From the sequence record ON529852.1: a DNA stretch of 64,000 nt. One strand, 5' to 3'. The notes under the pieces are model-generated. The model ran no database searches, was not told the origin of the DNA, and saw only the letters and a list, made by a program, of their open reading frames with translations. Position 1 is the stretch's first letter; each line of letters begins with the position of its first letter. Position numbers and translations under genes: made by a program. Below, piece by piece: positions 27,549 to 36,418 of this stretch.

Positions 27549-28228
27549 TGTCGGACTGGATTTCCAACCTGCCGAGCGCGCTGCATCCACGTCACAAGAC
27601 CGCCTACGCCGAACCGTCGACCCCGGCGACCCGCGCCTGGTTGACGAACCTGCGGACCCGCGTCGAAGATGCGGAGAAGGCGATCTTCGGGCTGGCGGAG
27701 CAGCAGGGGTTCAAGGGCTTCATCGCCCCGGATCGCGGCGGCTGGCCGACGACCTTCGTCTTCGACGAGGCCCCCGAGAACCCTGCCTTCAAGCGGCTGC
27801 GGCGCAAGGGGCGACCTATGGCGACCATCGCCAAGTCGATCGAAGGGCAGGTGTTCGAGACCCTGCTGAAGGCGGGTCCGGCGCATCCCTACGTCGACGA
27901 GGAATTGCGTCAGGCCCTGAACCTGCCGTCGTCGGTTCGCTATCACTCGGACCGGGTGAGCGGGATGGCGTCTATCGCCGGGCTTCTGGACTGCTCGATC
28001 AACTGGACGCCGAAGCGGCAGTTCATCTTTTTCGTCAACCCGTTCCACACCTATGCGCGCCTGCGCGAGCAGAACCCCGACGCGGACATCACCTTCACCG
28101 GCGAAGACCGCTCATACCCGACACCGACCGCGTGGCGCCCGGCGCCCGGTTGGGACCTGCTGACGTCGGCCAAGGTCGACGTGATCTTCGCCCAGGCGCG
28201 GGTCGAACAAGAAGAGGAGGCCGCCTGA
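27548..28228 (+). CDS. hypothetical protein
   Basis: coupled ORF. Confidence 0.75.
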   Translation: MSDWISNLPSALHPRHKTAYAEPSTPATRAWLTNLRTRVEDAEKAIFGLAEQQGFKGFIAPDRGGWPTTFVFDEAPENPAFKRLRRKGRPMATIAKSIEGQVFETLLKAGPAHPYVDEELRQALNLPSSVRYHSDRVSGMASIAGLLDCSINWTPKRQFIFFVNPFHTYARLREQNPDADITFTGEDRSYPTPTAWRPAPGWDLLTSAKVDVIFAQARVEQEEEAA

Positions 28229-28229
28229 C

Positions 28230-28787
28230 ATGGCGAAAGACATCTGGTTCGCATCGGACCATCACTTCGGCCACGAAAAGTGCTGCACCACCTTCCTGCG
28301 TGATGACGGCACGCCGCTGCGACCCTTCTCGGGCGCCGAGGAGATGAACGCGGCGCTGATCGACCGCCACAACGAGGTCGTCAAGCCGCAGGACAAGGTC
28401 TACTTCCTGGGCGACGTCGCCATCACCCAGAAGAATCTGCCCCTGGTCGGGAAGATGCACGGCTCCAAGCGCCTGATCCGGGGCAACCACGACATCTTCC
28501 CCACGAAGAAGTACCTGGAGTTCTTCAAGGAGGTCTACGGCGTCCGCGTGTTGACCGAGTTCGGCGGCATCGTGCTGACGCACGTTCCCATCCACTCCAG
28601 TCAGTTGCGCCGGTTCAAGGTCAACATCCACGGGCACCTGCACGACAAGGTGCTGGAGGAGCCCGGCTACATCAACGTCTCGGTCGAGCAGATCGACTAT
28701 CGCCCGATCCACATCGACGAAATCCTGGCCCAGGCCAGCCGTTTCAACCCCGGATACGACTTCACCCAAGACGTCCACCCCGGATAA
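28230..28787 (+). CDS. calcineurin-like metallophosphoesterase
   Basis: SDHHFGH, LGD, RGNHD, THVP, HGHLH. Confidence 0.92.
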   Translation: MAKDIWFASDHHFGHEKCCTTFLRDDGTPLRPFSGAEEMNAALIDRHNEVVKPQDKVYFLGDVAITQKNLPLVGKMHGSKRLIRGNHDIFPTKKYLEFFKEVYGVRVLTEFGGIVLTHVPIHSSQLRRFKVNIHGHLHDKVLEEPGYINVSVEQIDYRPIHIDEILAQASRFNPGYDFTQDVHPG

Positions 28788-28794
28788 GGACCCC

Positions 28795-29148
28795 ATGCTG
28801 ACCGCCCTCTATATCCTCGTCGGATACTTCTTCGCCGCCGGGTTCATCATCGCGCCGCTCGTCTTCCGCGAGCAACTGGCCTCCACCCGCTGGGCCGCCT
28901 ACAGCATCATCAACGCCAAGTTCTTCTGGACGATGCTTCCGGTGGCCTTGGTGGTCTGGATGCTGTGGCTGCCGCTGCTGGCCTTCGCCGTCTTCGCCGG
29001 CGCCTGGATCGGCATCTTCAACCAGATCAAGACGCGCATCCGTATCCGCTCGAACGCGGAAGTCGCGGCCGACCGGTCGGTGCTGGACGTCGACTTCATG
29101 GCCCCGACGCCCGGCGACCCGGACATCGGGCGGGACCGCCGCGCATGA
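28795..29148 (+). CDS. membrane protein
   Basis: two long hydrophobic segments. Confidence 0.75.
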   Translation: MLTALYILVGYFFAAGFIIAPLVFREQLASTRWAAYSIINAKFFWTMLPVALVVWMLWLPLLAFAVFAGAWIGIFNQIKTRIRIRSNAEVAADRSVLDVDFMAPTPGDPDIGRDRRA

Positions 29149-29345
29149 CCGGCGACGCCCCTGAGATCGATCTGACCGAGATCGTCGGCATGACGCCGGC
29201 CCTGGCGGCGCTGAAGACCCGCATGACCATCCGCGAACTCTACCGCAACGGCGCCAAGCAGGTGATCGCCCATGATCACGACGCCAACCGGATCAACGTC
29301 ACCACCGACGCCGGCTACATCACCCACGTTTCTGGAATCGGCTAA
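29145..29345 (+). CDS. hypothetical protein
   Basis: ATGA-coupled; C-terminal part of listed ORF 28965..29345. Confidence 0.65.
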   Translation: MTGDAPEIDLTEIVGMTPALAALKTRMTIRELYRNGAKQVIAHDHDANRINVTTDAGYITHVSGIG

Positions 29346-30185
29346 ATGGCGGACCCCATCCCCTTCTGCGGCGATAATACCCGGCTCAACCCCGCCAAGG
29401 GCGACGAAGGCCGGGTGCGCGTCATGCACGCTCACAAGACCGATGACGGCAGGATGATCTCCTGCTGGAAGCTGACCCCGGAGGAGATCACCAAGGTCGC
29501 CGAGACCGGCGAGGTCTGGCTGTCGCTGTCCTGCGGTGAGAACATCCCGCCGTCCTATGTCTCCGGCACGCCCCTGATGCAGGCTTTCGACCAGGATACG
29601 GGCGAGGCGATCAGCAGCTATCGCTCCGACGGCGAACATGAGGTGCAGGACATGCGACGGTTCGCGCTCTTGCATCACGGGGACCAGAAATACGGCCAGC
29701 GGCCCTACGCCTACCACCTGGACGGCGTCGTCGCCATCCTGCGGCGCTGGGGCGCGGATTCAACCTACCTCAAGGCCGGCTACGGCCACGATCTCGAAGA
29801 AGACACGATGCAGGACCTGCCCCTGGTCGATCGCCGCGCCACGGTGCGTGCGCGGTCTGGCGAGGAGGCCGAGGCCTTCATCTGGGCCTGCACCGGCACC
29901 CAGGCGACCCGCGAAGCCTGCCTGGAGGAGCAGATCGCCAAGATCACCGCGCGCCCTGGCGCGGCGCCGGTCAAATGCGCGGATCGTCTGTTCAACATGG
30001 CGTCCTGCCTGGAAGAGGTCCAGGAGACGCCCACCGAACATCTGCTGAAGCTGTCGCATACCTACGACGGCGAAGCGGATCGCTTCATCTCGGCGATGGA
30101 ACCCCTGGTTCCCGCCCAGATCATTGAGGAACTGCGTGACGTCGCTGGTCGACTGCGCGCCTTCCTCGCCACTCAGGCTAACTAA
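29346..30185 (+). CDS. fusion: small phage domain + RelA/SpoT-type HD hydrolase
   Basis: HHGDQKYGQRPYAYHL, GHDLEEDT, KCADRLFNM. Confidence 0.8.
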   Translation: MADPIPFCGDNTRLNPAKGDEGRVRVMHAHKTDDGRMISCWKLTPEEITKVAETGEVWLSLSCGENIPPSYVSGTPLMQAFDQDTGEAISSYRSDGEHEVQDMRRFALLHHGDQKYGQRPYAYHLDGVVAILRRWGADSTYLKAGYGHDLEEDTMQDLPLVDRRATVRARSGEEAEAFIWACTGTQATREACLEEQIAKITARPGAAPVKCADRLFNMASCLEEVQETPTEHLLKLSHTYDGEADRFISAMEPLVPAQIIEELRDVAGRLRAFLATQAN

Positions 30186-30193
30186 GGACAGCC

Positions 30194-30715
30194 ATGACCA
30201 AATACATCCGCCAGCCGAACCTCGTCGAGGCTTTCCAATACAATCGTCAACCCAAGGCGGAATGGCCGCAGTGGCTTCAGGACTACCAGATCGCCACCCC
30301 GATGGGCTTCCAGGGCGTGGGCGCCGGCGCCGGCGTGCTTCTGGTCCCGGCCAAGAACGGACCGACCATCAACGTCACCGTCGGCGAGTGGGTCGTCTAC
30401 GAGAATGACGTCCTGCTCGTCTTCCGCAACGACCTGTTCGAGGCCGCCTTCCAGGAAGAAGGCTATGACGAATGGCTGGCTGAGAAGGTCGCCAAGTCCC
30501 AGGCGCAGTCGGACGCCGGCGAGACCATCACCGGCGAAGAAGCCAACGCCCGCGCCGCCGCCCAACTGGCGGCGATGAGCGACAAGGAACCGGCGGCTGA
30601 AGCGCCCGTCGTCGGCGCCGACCCGGTGACGCCCGAACCCGCCGCCGACGTCAAGGGCGGCAAGAAGAAACCGGCCGGCGACAAGCCGACCGAAGACGCC
30701 CCGGCCGCCGAGTAA
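30194..30715 (+). CDS. hypothetical protein with acidic low-complexity tail
   Basis: KYIRQPNLVEAFQY N-terminus; AAGGA RBS. Confidence 0.8.
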   Translation: MTKYIRQPNLVEAFQYNRQPKAEWPQWLQDYQIATPMGFQGVGAGAGVLLVPAKNGPTINVTVGEWVVYENDVLLVFRNDLFEAAFQEEGYDEWLAEKVAKSQAQSDAGETITGEEANARAAAQLAAMSDKEPAAEAPVVGADPVTPEPAADVKGGKKKPAGDKPTEDAPAAE

Positions 30716-30724
30716 AGGCCTGGC

Positions 30725-31159
30725 GTGATGGGACTGACGCTCCTGCGGGGATACCTACACCGTAAGGCGTGGCCGCAGGGCGTCGGTTTCGAGGCGTTCG
30801 GCGTTCCCGCGTCGAGGCCTCCGTGGCGGGTGAGATGGGCGCGTGGGCTCTACACGGCCGCGCACTTCTCACCCTCTACGTGGCTCCATGATCTAGCCTG
30901 GCCGCCCTATGACTGTGACGACTGCATCGGCATGCGCGACCATGGTTGCTACTGCGCCGCCGTCGGCGCGGTGGCGCCGGGCGCCATGATCGACCCCTCC
31001 CGACACGGCTGGCGCCTGCTGCACGGCCTGATTTTCATCTGGACCTCGCCCTTCTGGGATGAGGTCGAACGCTCCTGGGAAGACACTGATGTCTGCATAT
31101 CTCCAAGCCCCAGCCCACATTGCGGCGGAAGCCGCCGGCCTGACGCCCGCCGATTTTGA
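30725..31159 (+). CDS. hypothetical Trp/Cys-rich protein
   Basis: CDDC..HGCYC; overlaps next ORF by ~70 nt. Confidence 0.5.
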   Translation: MMGLTLLRGYLHRKAWPQGVGFEAFGVPASRPPWRVRWARGLYTAAHFSPSTWLHDLAWPPYDCDDCIGMRDHGCYCAAVGAVAPGAMIDPSRHGWRLLHGLIFIWTSPFWDEVERSWEDTDVCISPSPSPHCGGSRRPDARRF

Positions 31160-31400
31160 GGGTGTCGACGGGGTCCTGCTCGGCGCCTGGCTCATGGACC
31201 GAGACTCGGTGTCGCTGGGGCGCACGGTTCAGATCGGCTGGGGCTATATCTACGGGGATCGCAAGGGCCGGTTCGAGGACGGCGCCTACATCCACACCTC
31301 CTACTTCACTGCGGAGCCTGTCGACGGGGTCTATAAGACCCTGAACTCGACCTATCGCCTACGTCTGCGCCCGGAGACCGCTGATGACGCTGACGCCTGA
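31089..31400 (+). CDS. conserved small phage protein
   Basis: GYIYGDRKGRFEDG..IHTS...KTLNSTY pattern. Confidence 0.75.
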   Translation: MSAYLQAPAHIAAEAAGLTPADFEGVDGVLLGAWLMDRDSVSLGRTVQIGWGYIYGDRKGRFEDGAYIHTSYFTAEPVDGVYKTLNSTYRLRLRPETADDADA

Positions 31401-31650
31401 AGACCTGGAGGCGCAACACCGCGCTATTCTGGAGTCGATGACCCAGGACCAGATGCTGGTCATGGCGCGTGAGATGGTGGCGTCGCGGGCGCGCCTGGAA
31501 TCGGCCCGCGTGGGCCAGTTCGTGACCCGAAAGGACAGTCTCGACGCGGTGTTCGCCGCCGAAGCCGCCGCTCGTGACCTGGGGGCCGAACCGAAAATCG
31601 ACTTCTTCCTCCCGCTCGACAACGACTTCCCCGAGGCGCGTCTGCCGTGA
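31384..31650 (+). CDS. hypothetical protein
   Basis: GGAG RBS. Confidence 0.7.
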   Translation: MTLTPEDLEAQHRAILESMTQDQMLVMAREMVASRARLESARVGQFVTRKDSLDAVFAAEAAARDLGAEPKIDFFLPLDNDFPEARLP

Positions 31651-32387
31651 CGCTTACGGTCAGCCCGACGTTGCGTGCGGCGCTCGGCGCTTCTCTGGAC
31701 GCGTTCAAGGCGTCGAACGCCCGGCGTCCGGTGGGTCGGAATGTGCGACCTTCCTCGGACGCGGCCGATGCGATGCTCTTGGCTTTAGGAGGCCCTATGA
31801 CCGCCTCCGCCGTCCGACACGCCTTGCAGGCGGAGAAGGGTCACCACGTCACGATAGCGCAGCTATCGGGCGACCACCGACATGTGCCGATCGCGCTGCT
31901 GGAACAGGTCGGGCGCAGCCTGGTGGTCACGCTTATCGAGCGCGCCGCTCGGCCGCAGGCGTCTTCACCGACCGCCGCGACGGTCCGCCTATTGGCGGAC
32001 GCCGCCCTCCTGACGGCCCGTTTGGATCGCGTGTCGGACGCCGCCTATGACTTCGGCGCCCACGAATGTTCGAGCCGTGGGGAGGGCGAGGCCACCGTGG
32101 ATCGTCTGACCCGGCGCTTCAACGAGGAATGCCGAGGGCGGCCGCTCTCCGGCGTCTCGGTGGTCAAGCGGCTCTTCGAGCGTTTTGACGAGAACGTCTA
32201 TGGCCTGCAAGCGCTCGTCCTGGAGACCGCAAAGACCCAGAAGGTCTGGGATTTCAACGCTTGTCATGACTTCTATGGTCGGTATGAGCCTATCGTCGAG
32301 GCGGCGATGGACGCGGCGCTGATCCTGGAATCCCATTTTGAGGACCGCATCTTCGGTCCTCAGGAAGGCGGCGCCGATGCCAAGTGA
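31647..32387 (+). CDS. hypothetical protein, atypical codon usage
   Basis: GTGA-coupled; many T/A-ending codons. Confidence 0.6.
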   Translation: MTLTVSPTLRAALGASLDAFKASNARRPVGRNVRPSSDAADAMLLALGGPMTASAVRHALQAEKGHHVTIAQLSGDHRHVPIALLEQVGRSLVVTLIERAARPQASSPTAATVRLLADAALLTARLDRVSDAAYDFGAHECSSRGEGEATVDRLTRRFNEECRGRPLSGVSVVKRLFERFDENVYGLQALVLETAKTQKVWDFNACHDFYGRYEPIVEAAMDAALILESHFEDRIFGPQEGGADAK

Positions 32388-32733
32388 CGCCGAAACCCTG
32401 ACCCCGGAGGACCTGGCCGACATCGCCGCGTTCGAGACCTTGCCGCTGGACGCCCAGCTTCTGTTCGGCATCTGGTTCGGCGCGGGTCGCAAGGACAGCT
32501 TCACCCTGCGCCACGGCCTGAAGGAATGGAAGCCGACGACGCGCACTCAGGCCGCGCTCGACGTCCTGCTGTCCGCCGGGTTCATCTCGGTCGAACAGGA
32601 GCCCTGCGGCGCCAAGGTCTACCGGATGCTCAAGGACGCCCACGCCGCCCTGTTGTGGGCCATGGCCTATATCGAGGCGAACGACGCCCAGCGCGCCGCC
32701 GCCAAGTGGCGGCTGATGGAGCCGGTCGCTTGA
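32377..32733 (+). CDS. hypothetical protein, possible winged helix
   Basis: ALDVLLSAGFISVEQ...KVYR. Confidence 0.7.
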   Translation: MPSDAETLTPEDLADIAAFETLPLDAQLLFGIWFGAGRKDSFTLRHGLKEWKPTTRTQAALDVLLSAGFISVEQEPCGAKVYRMLKDAHAALLWAMAYIEANDAQRAAAKWRLMEPVA

Positions 32734-32791
32734 TCACTCGTGGGCTGCGCCCCCTCGTGACTGGCTGCGCCAGCCGACCTTCGGTCCGCCC

Positions 32792-32968
32792 ATGAGCGAT
32801 CTGTGGGGCTGGCTGCTGCTCGGCTCGGCCGTCTGGGCGCTGGCGATGACGTTGTGGGGGCATGGCGGCGTCTTCCACTCCTCCCCGCGTCGGCGTGACG
32901 CCGGCCTTTCACTGACGGTCCGCAACGGCCGTTTGCACACCGGGCGTCGCCCCACGGAATCAACATGA
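32792..32968 (+). CDS. 58 aa single-TM microprotein (not in ORF track)
   Basis: MSDLWGWLLLGSAVWALAMTLWG...; ATGA overlap with next ORF. Confidence 0.55.
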   Translation: MSDLWGWLLLGSAVWALAMTLWGHGGVFHSSPRRRDAGLSLTVRNGRLHTGRRPTEST

Positions 32969-33225
32969 CCGACATCCCCCACAGAGACGACACGTCCAAC
33001 ATGGACGACACGCCTGACATTCTCCCCGGTTACCAGGAGATGCTTCAGGCCATGGCGAAGCCGGGCGGAACGTTGCGGTGCACGGCGGGCCGCGTTCCGC
33101 AAGGCGTGCTGGAGATGGAGGGTTACGGCCTGCTGGAGGTGATCGATTTTTCGCCTGAAGCGGGCGATCCGACCTATGCGCTCACCAAGCGGGGGAAGGC
33201 CTATGTCCAACTCCGCCTCGGCTGA
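32965..33225 (+). CDS. hypothetical protein, possible winged helix
   Basis: LEMEGYGLLEV....YALTKRGKAY. Confidence 0.7.
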   Translation: MTDIPHRDDTSNMDDTPDILPGYQEMLQAMAKPGGTLRCTAGRVPQGVLEMEGYGLLEVIDFSPEAGDPTYALTKRGKAYVQLRLG

Positions 33226-33586
33226 TCCGGCCCAGACGATCGAAACGCTCAAGACGCTGCTTCACGCGCAGCGCGCCATCAGCAACGAGGTCATGACCTA
33301 CCTGCTGGAGCCTGCTGGGCGCGACCGCCTGATCCTGTGTGACAAGGTCCACCGGGCCGACGCGGAACTGCGCGTGGCGCTGAACGGCGGCGGATACGTC
33401 CGCAACCCCTGGCCCGAGGGCGGCTTCACCGCCGAGATGACGCGCGACCGGCGCGCCCTGATCGACAAGATGCGCAAGCGCGCGGACGCGCTGCGCAGCC
33501 TGTTCCTGCGCGACGACGCCGACCTGATGGACCAGGCGGCGCGCGAGATGGAGTATGACCTGCTGGCCTGGGCGGCGCCGCGATGA
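33203..33586 (+). CDS. hypothetical protein
   Basis: GAAGG RBS before ATG 33203. Confidence 0.7.
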   Translation: MSNSASADPAQTIETLKTLLHAQRAISNEVMTYLLEPAGRDRLILCDKVHRADAELRVALNGGGYVRNPWPEGGFTAEMTRDRRALIDKMRKRADALRSLFLRDDADLMDQAAREMEYDLLAWAAPR

Positions 33587-33717
33587 ACGGACCGCCAGAG
33601 CCGCCGCCGATGCAGGTCGTGGAGCGCGGCCTGATCGAGCCCTGGGCGATCTGGCCCCTGATGATTCTGATCAGCCTGTCGATCGCCCTGATCCTGTTCG
33701 GGCTCGTCCTGGGTTAG
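33583..33717 (+). CDS. 44 aa membrane microprotein (not in ORF track)
   Basis: ...WAIWPLMILISLSIALILFGLVLG; ATGA overlap. Confidence 0.6.
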   Translation: MNGPPEPPPMQVVERGLIEPWAIWPLMILISLSIALILFGLVLG

Positions 33718-33905
33718 GGTGGGGCCACGCGATCCAGACCGGCGTCGAGGTGGGCGAGCGCGCGTTGCACCCGGTTGGACAGGGCGCGGACCGGAGCGCG
33801 CTCGCCCGACGGGGTCTGCTGCCGCAGCGCGCCCAGATCATGCAGCAGGGCGTCGAGACGATCCGCAATGGCGTCGGCTTCGCCGATAAGGTCTTCGAGG
33901 GTCAT
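33714..33905 (-). CDS. small helical protein with structured 5' UTR
   Basis: own promoter TTGACG-N17-TAGGTC 34008-33980. Confidence 0.65.
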   Translation of the reverse strand: MTLEDLIGEADAIADRLDALLHDLGALRQQTPSGERAPVRALSNRVQRALAHLDAGLDRVAPP

Positions 33906-33979
33906 GGACAGGGTTCCTGGGTTGGAGCCTGTCCAGGCGCCGGGATGAAGACCCCTGTCCAGGGGCCGCGCGAGCCCCA

Positions 33980-34055
33980 GACCTAGCGCGACGGGCGCGC
34001 GCCGTCAAGGCTTTGGCGCGAGATCGTTGACAGACTGCACCGACTCGGCTACGAC
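33980..34055. promoter_or_regulatory. back-to-back divergent sigma70-like promoters
   Basis: minus TTGACG 34008-34003; plus GAGATCGTTGACA-N17-TACGAC 34020-34055. Confidence 0.75.
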
Positions 34056-34084
34056 GGTTCCTGACGAAGACGAAAGGAGGCCGC

Positions 34085-34387
34085 ATGTACGCCATCATCA
34101 TGTCCGACGCCCGATCGATTGGTAAGAAGCCGGCGCTGAAACTGGGCTGGGTGACCAAGCGCCTGCCCGACGGCAGCTTGCGCGCCAACGTCGCGCCCCT
34201 CTCCACCTTGGGCAATCCGAAATGGTCCAAGACCGCGCGCTACGTGCGGGGCAACCAGGTCGCCCAGATGTTCGGCCCGAACGTCAAGCCGACCTTGGCC
34301 GACATCAAGGCCATCCGGGACCGGATGAAGCCCTACCAGCCTCGCGCCGGCGGATTCGACGAAATGGGGCACTACGGCGGCGTTTAA
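34085..34387 (+). CDS. basic hypothetical protein
   Basis: GGAGG RBS. Confidence 0.8.
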   Translation: MYAIIMSDARSIGKKPALKLGWVTKRLPDGSLRANVAPLSTLGNPKWSKTARYVRGNQVAQMFGPNVKPTLADIKAIRDRMKPYQPRAGGFDEMGHYGGV

Positions 34388-34469
34388 CTTGACGCCGTGA
34401 ATCCTGACAGTTAATGACGCTGATAACGGCAATCACGCCGTCTTCGTCATGCGCCGTTAACCATATTTG

Positions 34470-34485
34470 TTAACCGGTGGTTAAC
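34470..34485 (+). promoter_or_regulatory. CtrA-binding site TTAA-N7-TTAAC
   Basis: TTAACCGGTGGTTAAC; four more TTAA within 34384-34490. Confidence 0.75.
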
Positions 34486-34517
34486 CTTAATGGTCCGGCG
34501 CCCTCCAAGGATTCACT

Positions 34518-35906
34518 ATGCCTTTCGTCTTGATCGGAGGCGCCGTCTTTGGCGTCATTCTGGTGCTCGCCCTTCTGGTCGCGCTCATGCTGCGCCGCGT
34601 CGTTCCCACCAACATGGTCCACATCGTCCAGCGCGGTAAGACGACCATCTCCTACGGCAAGGGCAAGGAAGCCGGCAACGTCTACTACGAGTGGCCCCAG
34701 TCGGTGCCGGCGCTGGGCGTGACCGTGACCCGCTTCCCCGAGAGCGTCTTCGACGTCAGCCTGGCGAACTACGAGGCCTACGACATCGGCCGCCTGCCGT
34801 TCGTGGTCGACATCGTCGCCTTCTACCGCGTCGAGAACTCCGAGACCGCCGCCCAGCGCGTCGCCTCGTTCGACGAACTCCAGCAGCAACTGAAGTCGGT
34901 CCTCCAGGGCGCGGTGCGCACCATCCTGTCGACCAACAAGCTGGAAGAGATCATGCAGGACCGGGCCAAGCTGGGCACCGAGTTCACCGCCGAGGTCAAC
35001 CACCAGCTTCAGGAATGGGGCGTGACCACCGTCAAGTCCATCGAGTTCATGGACATTCGCGACAGCAGCGGTTCGAAGGTCATCGCCAATATGATGGCGA
35101 AGGAGCAGTCGCGCATCGAGAAGGAAAGCCGCATCACCGTCGCGGAAAACCTGCGCGAAGCCGAACTGAAGGAAATCGACGCCGACCGCGTCGTCGAGGT
35201 CCAGAAGCAGGACGCCCAGCAGCAACTCGGCATCCGGACCGCCGAGAAGGAACGCGCCGTCGGCATCGCCGATGAGCAGACGCGCCAGGAAGTCCTGCTG
35301 GAAAGCAAGCTGACCGCCGAGCGCCAGATGGACGTTCAGAAGATCAACGACGTGAAGACGGCCGAGATCGCCAAGGACGTCGCCATCGTCAAGGCCGAGC
35401 AGGACCGCGAGGTTCTGGTGGTTAAGTCGGAAGCCGAGAAGCGCCAGACGGTCATCGCGGCCGAGGCGCAGAAGGAGCGCACCGAGGTCGTCGCCAAGGG
35501 CGATCTCGCAGCGGCCCAGAACGAGGCCCTGGGCCTGCAAGCGATCGGCGAGGCGAAGGCCAAGGCGGAAGAAGCCATCCTGATGGCGCCGGTCACCGCC
35601 CAGATCACCCTCGCCAAGGAGATCGGCGAAAACCAGCCCTACCAGCAGTATCTGATCACGGTCGAGCAGATCAAGGCGGGCCAGGCGGTCGGCACCGAAA
35701 TGGCTCAGGCCCTGAAGAGCGCCGATCTGAAGGTCATCGCCAACTCGGGCGACGTCCAGTCGGGCGTGGGCGCGCTGGGCGGCATCCTGTCGCCGGCCGG
35801 CGGCACCGCGATCGCCGGCGCCCTGTCGGCCCTGTCGCAACTGCCCGAAGGCAAGGCCCTGGTGGACCGGCTCACCGGCGCGGACAAGGCGGCGACCACC
35901 GCCTGA
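34518..35906 (+). CDS. SPFH/band 7 (flotillin-like) membrane protein
   Basis: N-terminal TM, SPFH core, long EA-rich coiled coil, DLKVIANSG. Confidence 0.9.
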   Translation: MPFVLIGGAVFGVILVLALLVALMLRRVVPTNMVHIVQRGKTTISYGKGKEAGNVYYEWPQSVPALGVTVTRFPESVFDVSLANYEAYDIGRLPFVVDIVAFYRVENSETAAQRVASFDELQQQLKSVLQGAVRTILSTNKLEEIMQDRAKLGTEFTAEVNHQLQEWGVTTVKSIEFMDIRDSSGSKVIANMMAKEQSRIEKESRITVAENLREAELKEIDADRVVEVQKQDAQQQLGIRTAEKERAVGIADEQTRQEVLLESKLTAERQMDVQKINDVKTAEIAKDVAIVKAEQDREVLVVKSEAEKRQTVIAAEAQKERTEVVAKGDLAAAQNEALGLQAIGEAKAKAEEAILMAPVTAQITLAKEIGENQPYQQYLITVEQIKAGQAVGTEMAQALKSADLKVIANSGDVQSGVGALGGILSPAGGTAIAGALSALSQLPEGKALVDRLTGADKAATTA

Positions 35907-35928
35907 CGCCTCGGGTTGAGCACGACGG

Positions 35929-35958
35929 AAACGGCCGGTCATTTGACCGGCCGTTTTT
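35929..35958 (+). terminator. intrinsic terminator
   Basis: AAACGGCCGGTC-ATTT-GACCGGCCGTTTTT. Confidence 0.9.
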
Positions 35959-35969
35959 GTGTGTGAGGG

Positions 35970-35999
35970 TTGACAGACAGCATTCCTGACAGGTAGTGA
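35970..35999 (+). promoter_or_regulatory. promoter of NAD operon, TCCTGAC spacer class
   Basis: TTGACA-N18-TAGTGA containing TTCCTGAC. Confidence 0.7.
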
Positions 36000-36007
36000 C
36001 AATCGCG

Positions 36008-36418
36008 ATGACATTCGTTGCTGACCCTCTTGAACCGGCGATCAACTCCGTGACCAACGGCCAGATTCTGTGCGAGACCCTGCCGCCGTGCTTCCGGCTG
36101 ACGTGGCTGGATCATTCGTTCCACGACGCGCCTAAAGGCGCTGAGGCCGCGCCCTACCACCGGGCGCGCGACTTCAAGCATCTTGGCGGCGCGATCGCCT
36201 GGGCGCGCCGGAGGATTTTCCACGGAGAAGCGTTCGGCGACGTGATCGAACTGGTCCGCGTGGACCGCCGGCGCCTGAACGGCGTCTACGCCGAGGAGCC
36301 TTACGAGGCGCGCGACATCACCCTGGCGGGCTTCCTGCCCTGGGATCGGAAAAACTGGAGCGGAAGCCCCACCGAGGTGGTCCTTTCGCGCCCCCACAAG
36401 AGGTGTAACTGGGAATGA
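36008..36418 (+). CDS. hypothetical protein
   Basis: first gene of NAD operon, ATGA-coupled to nadM-like gene. Confidence 0.7.
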   Translation: MTFVADPLEPAINSVTNGQILCETLPPCFRLTWLDHSFHDAPKGAEAAPYHRARDFKHLGGAIAWARRRIFHGEAFGDVIELVRVDRRRLNGVYAEEPYEARDITLAGFLPWDRKNWSGSPTEVVLSRPHKRCNWE

